DNA from: Scyliorhinus canicula
Taxonomy: Eukaryota
Direction of reading: 5' to 3'
NCBI RefSeq assembly: GCF_902713615.1
Contig: NC_052150.1
Coordinates: 78,175,790 to 78,239,789, forward strand
DNA: 64,000 nucleotides
The translations under genes and the position numbers were made by a program. Every line of letters starts with the position of its first letter. Positions within the stretch are counted from its first letter, which is position 1. Positions 27,311-37,861 of this stretch are shown here, one piece after another. The notes beneath the pieces were generated by a model, which saw nothing but the letters and a program-made list of their open reading frames with translations, had not been told where the DNA came from and did no database searches.

Positions 27311-27851
27311 TTGGATCCATGTGTAGCTTATCTGCGTTTGATTCAACCTCTCCATTATTTTCAGAAAAGGACACCTCACTCAGACGTTTGTCTCCAGGAG
27401 AAGTTCCACAAGTATATTCTGAGAGGGCTAGCGTGTGTGTTTCAAACGTGGTGCAGTCACTCCTGCGGGCAGCCACAGGCTCGGGTTTGATGCCGTAGTG
27501 TCTACTGGAAGGTAACCCGGTGAAAGACAAGGTTCCCGGCATGGGATCTAGCCAGGAGCGCATGTATCTACCATCGGGTGCGGCGGCAATGGGAGCCTGG
27601 TGCATGTATGGGTGATAAACAGTGGGCATACTGGCAGAGGTCTGAGCATGAACCGGGCTCCAGGAGGTGCTGAACACTGTGGCTTTGGACTGGAAGTTGC
27701 ATGGGGTGAAGTCTGGGTGCTCAGCAAGGGCTGCCTGCCTGGAAGACTGAGTCAGTGGACCCGAGGCATATCTGGACGACAGCAGATCATCGTTCTCGTG
27801 CATTATGAGGGAGTCGACATAATAATTGCTGATAGTTCCTGATGTCGACAT
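27311..27851 (-). CDS. HOXA9: HoxA9 exon 1 (spliced protein 260 aa)
   Basis: MSTSGTISNYYVDSL...DGRYMRSWL...YGIKPEP (Hox9 activation region). Donor A|GTAAGT. Confidence 0.96.
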
Positions 27852-28100
27852 TCTCGCCAATGACACAGCAAGCGCCTCTGAAAATATGAAAGAGCAGATT
27901 TCAATGTAACAACTTACCGCCGCGACAAGTACAGTCTGCTAATATGGGGCAGGCGCACTTCCACGCCATTGGACAAGTTACTCACGTGATTCAAAAAACA
28001 ACAATAAAATATAAATCAATCCGCAGCTTGTAAAGGGGTCAATCTTTTATAGAGATAATTTTATATAGCAACTCCGTATGCTTTTTTATGCAAAGGGATA
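27852..28100 (-). promoter_or_regulatory. HoxA9 5'UTR and core promoter
   Basis: CCAAT (ATTGG at 27968-27972), CACGTG 27983-27988, TGATTTA 28012-28018 and ATCCCTTTGCATAAAAA 28083-28099. Confidence 0.7.
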
Positions 28101-31100
28101 TAATCACCTCTATATATGGAAGTTGATTTCTTTGTTGCCAGCTGAGATGCAAAAACGTATTCCGTTGCAGTTCTTTTTTTTTTAGGGGACTATTTTACAT
28201 CATAATCAATCTTCCCATCAGATGCTCGTTTTTTTTTAACGAACACCTTATGATCGTTAACCTTCACATAAAAGATTATGGAAAGAGTGAAACTATAAAC
28301 TGCAGGGGGAAAAAACAACGGAGAAAAAGATTGGACAGGTATTTATTATTCATGCTTAGTTAGATTAAAAACGCATTCTTAACAAATAAAAATCGTTAAC
28401 GAAGTTTGAAAATGTACCTCTGAAAGTGGCCCGGTCTACCTGCAGCTGCTAAAGATCTTTCATTTTAAGAAACGAGGCGCCCATAAAACACACGGTGGCA
28501 ATCTCCGTTTTATAACAGTTTCAGCAATAAAACGACACGTTAGCAAACTCGAGTCATTCCAAAAAGGCCAATAAACCATAACAAACTACAACTTCCGCAT
28601 TCAACGCCGCGCTATTTAAGCTGATGGATATGAGGACAAAATACATTTCTTAGGAAATCGGACCATTCTACTGTCCTTCTTTTCGGATTCGTGGACATTT
28701 TTTCTGATTTCGGCCACTCGCAGGCGCATTCTGTGGAGAGTTCATGGAAAAGCTTTCCAGCGACGGTATTCGGAAACCCAATCTGTTAGATGGCTAAGAT
28801 ACATTCCTTTCAATAGCAAATAAAATCAAACAGTTAGATATATAAACAGATGTAAAACATAAGAGTCGTATATCAATGGAGTTAGAAGGCATCCTTATTA
28901 CAGCGTTATCGGCCTATTAAACATTATATGTGCAGCCTTAAAAACTTAGTAGGCCTCTTTCACACACGCAGACTGGGTATAAATATGTGGAGAGATGAGC
29001 GATTTAACTTAGTTATGATAAAATTAACAGATAGGATGCAGGTTGGAAGGCCAACATCATGGTTTATCAGGATAGAGTTTTGAATTAATGCATTTCCAAA
29101 ATATTTTTATATAAAATTATTTTTTTAAATGCTGAAACAACCCATAAAATACTCAATGATTTATTTTTATGCCATTTTTCGGTTAGCATAATTTATCAGT
29201 GCAATTTTGGTCAGAAATATTTCATTTGGCGTGTAAGATCTAGGCATCAGTGCGGTTCTTTCTGCAATGCCAGTCCAGAGGTTTCTCGGAGCTCCATGAT
29301 AGTGTTGTACATTGTGTGGTGTTTCCTTGGGCTCCTCTCTCTGAAGTATATTTGATGCAAGCAGCAATACAGGATATGAAGGAGGATTGACAATCGTCGT
29401 TCTAATCAAATGCAACATGCCCCAGTTTTTCAAACGATTACAAACCAGTCATTTCCGACATGGGGAACGCGCGATTTCAAATGAGGCTTGTTGTTTGATG
29501 GTCTATTTTGTATTTCTTTGTTGCTATTTTACAACCTACATGTGCAAGTACCTTGTTTATTCCTGCTTCAACCGCGCTTAATTTAAAAAAAACCTTCGGC
29601 GCATCACGATGCTAGCAACAGGGTTAAATAAAAGGGCCTATCTGCAAAATGATCGTCAACTACCTGAGCTGTTGCGTGGATCAGATAACATAGAAATATC
29701 CATTAAACAAAGACAATTATCAGATCCCACATTAAACCAAAGTGCAGTCGTCGCCGTGAATCGCTTGCGTCCACCCCCACCCATCGTCCGCTGGCTGCAT
29801 TACCCCCCAGTTGAAAACCTGCACAGCTAACTGAAATACAAACTACCCTTTCCTGAGGTTTCTCTTTATCCCAATCTCTCTTTAGATTTCTGTGCATTTC
29901 TGATGGTGAAGGGAAGATTCAGTCTCTCGCCTCTGAGCCAGCATTGAGTATCTGGTCAGCGGAGTATTACAGCGACACAGGCGGAGTGCTGAGGTCTAGA
30001 ACAAATTCGAGAAGCATTCAAGTCCAGTGTTGAGCCTCAGAAAGAAAACGTTTTCGTGTTTCCTGTGCAGATGGCCTGGAATTAGGATTCAAATGTTGAT
30101 TCACTAGTTGCAAAGGGAAGCTAAGGCGCTCTAAAACGGCACGCCGCTTAAAGAGCGGTTCCTGCAATTGAAATTTAGCTTCATTTATGCTGAGAAAAAT
30201 ATAAAAGAACCCACCATTTAAGCGCCTGAAAGAATTCACCCACAACCCTGGAATGTGTCGCGTCTTGCTGGATACCTAAGATTTATAGTTTTGTACGAAA
30301 TGTATGATTTCATATGATATAGTCGAATTGGTGACGGATCACTGTTTTCAGCAAAAATATATCTGCGAGTTAATGCGTTGTCGGGTTAGATTTTCAGTTT
30401 TGACTTTTGTTTGGGCATTCAGCACATGGAGCTCGCATGCTACTTGAAAATTGCAGCTTTCGGTCTCAGACGTTTCAGAACTAAATTGAGGAAAACAATA
30501 TATTTTCCGTGCGTGGATACAATTCACCAAAAGTCTCAAATGAAATTAGTATAATCACACGAAGTCGGTACAGGTTATTCGGCAATAGACAGAAATGCAA
30601 TAATTCATCTATTCTATTTTGGGGTAGCGAAATTTATCCTATTTTCACTCTACCAGTGGAATATAGTGAGACTACTTTTGTGTGTGTGTGTTGTTTTGAG
30701 TCGGTCATTTTACCTTGAGAATGAAGTTTGTAACGTCCAAATATCAAATGTTTTCTTAACTCCTGCAACTGACCCAGCAGTTAAAAACGCCTTCAAAATA
30801 TGGTAATCACATTCACTGCCAAAGTTTGTTTGAAACTTTCCGGAATTATCTAGCCATGTGGGATATTAATTGAATGCACCTGTAGTCAGAAAGACCGGGT
30901 AAAATATGCCACAAATAAAATGTTAAATATTAATAAACCGGATCATTAAAATGTTCAAGGTAGAAACGACATTCATTAAGTGATTTTTTAATTGCTATTC
31001 ACATTGTATTGTTTGGAATATAGGCTGACGCCTTTATTTCCGTTCAGATAACATCTGTGTGAAGTTGCAAAGCCAATTTGTGGGCACACAGTCTGTAGTG

Positions 31101-33370
31101 ACGACAACGTGTTCAAAGTGCTTTCATCATTTTCGAGTTGCCGTGCACCGTCTAATTCGGCAAAGGATTCCAAAATATATACAAATCATAAAATAAGACT
31201 GAGCAAATCCTGCAGACATTTGCATGAGAAACATTCATAACTGGCCGAGCCAGTCGTGTGGCCACACTCAAAGGCAGTTTCAGGAAAGTCATTCCTGAAG
31301 GCAAATCTCAGATACCAAACATTATGTTGGGTGCTGCATGTTTCCGAAAGATTGAAGCACTTCTAATGTCCTCCGCATTAGGTCGAAATTAAATCGTCCA
31401 TTTAAAACTGTGTAAATGGACCGCACGCAGCGGCATTTAAAAGCCAAACTGTAATTTCACATTAAGGAAGGAACGTGCAATTTTTCTGCGGCTTTTGTTT
31501 TTATTTTAAATCTATAAATCATATAAACCCCGGCAAGAAGTTTGCTAACAACGCGGAAACAAAGGATTGAGGGTGTAAGCAGAATGATTTCGAAGTATTT
31601 TTAAAAAATCGACCATGAGATTTGTGAAAACGAAATGCACCCCACATAATGGACGCATATTTGAATTGAAAACGATTATTCTTTAAATTTTGGTGCCCAA
31701 ATAAAATGCAATTCGCAATTGCTCAAACATGTAATAATTAAAGAAATATTTCCGATTTCTTGCCAAAATGTATCGTATAATCTATACCCTGCAAATGAGA
31801 GCAATGTTGTGTATCTAAAGGCTGAGGGCCTGGCTATTACCGAGAAGTGATGCTTTGAATAGCACAAACTTGACTGTGCTTTAGCTTGAGAATCTTTAAA
31901 CCACGCCGGGAGAGGTTCAGGTGGTGCTTTCACATCGGGGTAGTATCACGACTCGGGTACACAAGAGCGCCTATTTTTCAGAAGATATTATTTTGCATTG
32001 CACTGAAGAAAAAACATGAAGTTAAATCTTTTTTTAACTCCCGCATCGTCTTCTACAACACGACACAAATTGAAAGACCCAATGTAGGGAATGATGTGAC
32101 TTGATCTTGTGAATGAAATTTCAGACGTTTCATTCGAATCAGTTGTTTGTTGCTCACTTCATCAAAAATATGCGGTTACATGACGATATGGAAAATTGCA
32201 TTGCAATGCAATTCTTATTTTTTTTATTTTGTCAGTTAATCCGTTGCGTTAAGTCCGCCATGCCATGGTATAAGATCCATATGTGATGCGAGATTAATTT
32301 AATGCTGCATTCGAAAGCTGGCACAACATCTATCCTGTTGCAATGCCTATGTTGTACAATCACTTGGATTCTGAGATTTAAAATGGTGTAATTCCAATCG
32401 GCCGCGCAACACGAATAACTCGAGCAACAGGATAAAGTGCGATGTGTTTGTTTACTTGCTTCGCTTAGATTAAAGCTTCTGTTTGTCTCCTCTAAACAAC
32501 CAACATAATGGGACAAGTCTGCTTTCTGTGTTTAGTCTAGTTTCCTGCAGAGGCAGGAGCCGCCGACCGAGCAGCGCTTCCACTACATTCCGCCGAGGTC
32601 GCTGTTTCGAAGAACAACCCAAATTTACGCGCCCAGGCGCCATGTAATGATCATAACCGAGGCCTTGTGCTTTCAAGTAATTTCTTTGTCTTGCACATGG
32701 GAGAATGCATAGGTTTAAACCGCGTACCCTAACTCACTTGACGCCTTCCCTTTTTATTTTCGATTTTTCATCGGGAATTATAATATCGGTTTTGGACTAA
32801 ATGCACCAGATACATGTTCCATTTAGACAATGTTAACATAACGCTGAAATATTTATCACTAACAAAGACAATCTGCAAAGCATGGATTGCGCCGCCGTGC
32901 AGATGAAATTGCAGTTATTTTCAGTAGAGCTGTGCCGACCTACATCAATGTTTTCAAATAATAATTCAGCAGCACACATATACTGCAAGGAAATTTAAAA
33001 TTGATCATATTTAATTTAAAACGTGAACTTGATCGTTCTTCGAAAAAAATGAGCAAATCTAAGGAGAAACATTACATTTTAAAAATCCCAATTGACAACA
33101 ACGTTAACGAAGCATGGCCCAGTGTTTGCTTGCAAAATATAGAAGGCACGCTGCTCTTCAAAATATAATTTACACAGTTGTATTAATTGGAAAAAAAAGA
33201 CTTGTCCAAAAAACAATGGTTATTTCTTTTTATAAAACATTGCTATCCCTGTCACAAAACATGACACTTTCTGTTGGCAATGCGAAACCAAAACATTATA
33301 CTTATTGGTGGTTATTGAGTAACTGCGGCTTCTTTCCAAACCAGCGACAGAACTCACTGGCGAAGACGAT

Positions 33371-33454
33371 AACTGCAGTAATTCAGGCAGTTTCGTGTTG
33401 TAGAGATAGACTTGAGCCCCAACAACATGAAACTACCTAAATCACACTTCAGTT
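33371..33454 (-). ncRNA. MIR196: mir-196 precursor hairpin (HoxA copy, mir-196b position); mature 5p at 33418-33439
   Basis: Minus strand carries the exact TAGGTAGTTTCATGTTGTTGGG. It pairs with the 3p arm CTACAACACGAAACTGCCTGA and is closed by an AACTG/CAGTT stem. Lies between Hox9 and Hox10, the canonical position. Confidence 0.97.
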
Positions 33455-35262
33455 CTATCTCTGCTCTTTAGTTTCCTATCACTGTACACACAGAGGAATG
33501 ACCTAAATGCACATTCAACAAGCTTACTCAAATAGAAAAAAGTCACGTTACGATATTCTCGCCACAACGTCGCATGTAATTTACCAAATATCATAGGCAA
33601 TCCTTCGTCGTGCAATATTGTGGGTCCTTCTAATAATCCCCAAGTAATTCCATCTTTTTCGCGATCCTGGCCGGAATTGTATTCAAATGAATAGATTTAA
33701 TTGCAAATTCAGCACGAGAAAAATTGTTAGCTCCCCACTAAATATGGCGAGATCTTTATTATCTCTGTGCAGGATTTCACGCGATCTGAATGCATGTCAT
33801 TCACTCCAGTGATGATAAGCCATAGGAACTTGCCTGCACTGCAATAATCACGAGTTCAAGGTTTGCCTGAAGAAAAGAGCTAGTCAGATGACATACCCTA
33901 CAGAGATAGATTTCCTCTTCTCTTCTCCTCCGCCACCAGCAAAAGACGAAATAGCAACTTCAACTTTTATTTGGGAGTAGCAGTATTGGCATTTCTAAAT
34001 ATACCAAATGAAAGATTGCTAAAAAGAAACCCTTACCTATCAGTTTCAAATGTAAAAGAATAGGCCTAAACATTCGTTCCTCTTACAGACCTTACCTCCA
34101 TCGTAAATGTCTCCAAAGGTCTTATCTGCTGCTTTTTTCGATTCCTCACACTCATCTGATTTTAACCGATTAAAGGATCTGGAGTGTATTGTGTTCAAAG
34201 AAAATCAATTCCTACATCCGAGCCGTGCTCTGCTTCCTCTGTCTTCGTGGCTTTCGCTCAACTGAAACCACTCGTCCAAGACAGCAACACCCAGATATAC
34301 TAGCAAGTCATAAAATCAACAAAAGCCGACAAAACGTCTACAGCACCATTGCTATATAGCCCAGACAAATTACGACCGCTCTAGGTAATATTTAAATAGA
34401 TTGCAACGGTAAATTGCCAATCTTTAAGCCCAGCATTCCCCCTGAAGCTTCCTCAACAGATAACGTAAGAGAAAAGAATCGAACACAAAATACAGTCAAA
34501 AAATATACATATACCTATCTCAAAGGACTCCGACCAAATACGTTTTATTCATCTTGAGGAAAACACAAATGTTGTATAGGTACACAGTGCAGCAGCAATA
34601 GGATTGAACAGAATTTGAGTCCTCATTCAGAGTATTTCATCTTTGCAAACCCAAATGAATCAATTCTATTTGTTTTTTTTAAAACCGTTTGTCTTCTAAA
34701 AGTGAATGGACGGCAGTGAATAAAAGGTGGGACATTCTACTCTTCCGCCTTTACAACAATATTTCACATTTACAGTGTTCTTGATGCCTTTGATCATGGT
34801 ATGTGATATCTTTATGCAACAACACATTTTACAGCATATTCACATTTAACTTCTATTAACAAGTCAGTATACGGTAGTTACTTATTTGGGAATTATTTGA
34901 ACAGCGTGGGTCATCTGTATTTAGACATTACAAAGTTTGATTTACTTAGCTGGTAATTGGTAATTAGCACAATTAAAAGATTGTTGTCAAGTCCCCCCTC
35001 CCCCCACAGTTTTTTTTTGAAAAATCATCATACAAGGCGATAACTTCTGTGCACGCCTTGCTTATCAATGGCAACACTTATTATTATAGTTACAGAAACA
35101 GACTCCCGCCACAAATATAAACAAAACACATAAATCGTAAATATCTACAACCAGCACACGGCTGAGAAGTCAGAGGTAAGTTGAAAAGTTTTTAGTCTTT
35201 TAGTAACAATAGCACAGCTTGCCAATGTCCCGTTAAAATCCGTAAACCAGTTTATGTGGTCA

Positions 35263-35537
35263 TCATGAAAAGCTGAAGTTAGCTGTAAGCTCCCGAATCC
35301 TATTCTCACGATTCATTTTCTTGAGTTTCATCCTGCGATTTTGAAACCAGATTTTGACCTGTCTGTCAGTCAGGTGGACACTGCGGCTAATCTCTAGGCG
35401 ACGCTCTCGAGTCAGGTACATGTTGAAGAGAAACTCTTTCTCCAGCTCCAGGGTCTGATGTTTGGTGTAAGGGCAGCGTTTTTTTCTGCCACTCTTTGCA
35501 GTCAGCCAGTTCGCCCCGTTCTCAGATTTCACCTCTC
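35263..35537 (-). CDS. HOXA10: HoxA10 exon 2 (homeobox), intact
   Basis: Acceptor CACTAG|GA. Encodes [91 protein letters not shown]. Confidence 0.97.
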
Positions 35538-36969
35538 CTAGTGAGTAAAGGGGGGAGAATGAGAGGGGAAGAGAATGAACAATCAAATAAAAGGATAAAT
35601 AGAGACAGACGAGATAGAAGATGGAGAGAGAGAGAGAAGAAAGTTTATCATGTTTGGTAATATAATTTTCAATAAAAGTCTACATGTGATGACTATACTG
35701 TACCCTTCATTAAATCGAAACATATTCAGATGTGTTATGAAATATTTAAAATGCTACATCTTCCAATCGGGGGTGTTATGTCTGGATTTCATGGCACTGC
35801 GTTGTAGTTAATATTATACAGCTTATCTATTTGTCAGCACGTTATGCACACATCCACATGGAACTCAAAACATAACATTTTAAATTTCTTTAGGGCTCAA
35901 ACATGCCTGACAAACGCAGTGCTCTGTGGTGTGAAAGTGAGTTTCAGCTGCATTGAAACTGAAGACAAATTAGTTTGGAAACGATATTTTGATGCTGTTA
36001 ATTTTTTAAAAAATGATTGCTGAGCCTGTTGTATACTTGGAGTTGGCATTGTCTGGTTTCATTTTTACTCTACAGGAATCTCGTTCATTCTCCTTTTATA
36101 ACCTAGCTGGATGCTGGCTTAATAATTAGTTATCCACTGCTGGAGCTGTTTTACTGCAATTATCGGTCAAATTCAATATTTTGCTTCGCACGAGTAGGCG
36201 TGTCTTCCCCTGTAGTATCATTCCCAACTCTTGTTTTCAAGCCCGCTTTCTCGCCCTGCTCAAAACGGTCTTTATCTGTTGCTTTAGTCTGAGAAATTGA
36301 AGCAAAGTTTTTTCGTTGACGTGCACAATTCAAATAAAAACAGATTTGGAGTGTTTTCTTCATCGCCAGAATGGGCTCAGGACCTTTTTCAGAGCCTGGT
36401 GGTTCACGTTATTTGAAACAACTTTAGAAAATGGTTTCTTCGGAAGTTCGTTAAAGTCAAAACTAAAATTGTCCACAGAATCCCGGTCTTTCTGGGGCGA
36501 TAGACCTTCATCTAGTTTCCCACCTGATTTCAGGCAATGTAGAACTACTACTAACGACTAACACATATTGTCAGTTCAAAAGTGATTTAAAAAAAAATCT
36601 AAGACGGATACTAACTCTGCACTGAGAAGTCAGTAACACACATCGTTAAGTAAAAGATGTTAGTGTCAGTCTTCCATACTGTGAAAACTTTTCTCAATTT
36701 TTCATGTTTTTCTCGAAAAGAGCGGTAGAACATAAAACATCACTGGATTCCTTTGAGTATTATTTATTGGCTGTGCTGTGTTTACTTTGGACCCTGTGTG
36801 CAAATATGTCCCTTCTATGCGGTCCACTTAAATAACTACAGAAAGGATCCGTGGTTGTAACTTATCTGACAAGTTTAGAATGTGGCTACAATTGACTCCG
36901 GAGCGTGGGCCCGTGCTATAAACTATAGTAGGCATTAATTTTACAGCATAGCTCACGCCAAAAATAAAA

Positions 36970-36983
36970 AGTTCACAAGGTCA
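36970..36983 (+). promoter_or_regulatory. DR2 nuclear-receptor element in the HoxA10 intron
   Basis: AGTTCA-ca-AGGTCA is a perfect RGKTCA-n2-RGKTCA. Confidence 0.45.
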
Positions 36984-37098
36984 GAATAAAAACCCCCTTT
37001 GTTACGCTTGTTGGCGTACCTGCCACGTCTAACCCATTTTTGAATGCTGCTGCATAAATCCCCCCCACCCCCCCACCCCCCGCCTCTTATTTACCTAC

Positions 37099-37861
37099 CT
37101 TTTGTTTCTTTCTCAGGAGAGTTTTACTGCTTTCTGATGGGACTGGAGATGACTCTTCGTTCGCTGAAGAAGCCGCAGCTTCTGTCTCTTCTCTTTCCGA
37201 ACGCAGGTTAAAGGACCGGGGGAAGTCCCCTCACTTCCTTTCCTCCCCAACTCAGTCGGGGGTCGAAGCTGAAGAAGGGGGTGTTCCAAAACGGATCTGG
37301 GACTGTGGTACGAATGGAGAGGCCCCAACCTGCCCCGTGTTGTTATAAGTGTCTGTTTGGATGTCGGATAGGCTTGGGGAACAGACGGAAATAGCCAGGG
37401 ACAGGAAACCCCGCCGCTAGTAGTCGTGTCACTATTGGAGCACGACTCTGATGTTAGCCTTGGGAAGGTGGAGAGAGATCTGTTGCTGTTGCGCTTTTGG
37501 GAACATTTCTCAGAATCATATAAACCAATATGCATTCTCTTCTTTGATATTCTGGGGGAAGGAACAGGCTGCTACTTGCTGGGTTTGCAGGTTGCTCCAT
37601 GCGGCAGGACCTTGGGGGATCTGACCAGACCTCCATCCGCTCATATAAGGATGGAAGTCAAGACATACTCTGAGAGTTGCTCTCGCTGCGTTTGCTCAAA
37701 GATGGGAAAAGTCCACAGTTCTGGGTGCCGTAAGGGAGCTCAGAGGCTGGCGGCAGGTACACGCTGCTGTTGGGGTAATAGGTTCCTTCCCCGCCACGGC
37801 CCACGCTGATGAGAGAATCTACTAAAAAGGAGTTTGCAGACGGGCTGTCTGAGCATGACAT
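37099..37861 (-). CDS. HOXA10: HoxA10 exon 1, disrupted in this sequence by about 12-14 indels and an in-frame stop (likely sequencing error)
   Basis: Starts MSCSDSPSANSFLVDSLIS. Hox10 motifs PRSCRMEQP, CSFPQNIKEE, LYDSEKC and VPVPGYFRLSQAY appear in successive different frames. Donor AAG|GTAGGT at 37098. Confidence 0.85.
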
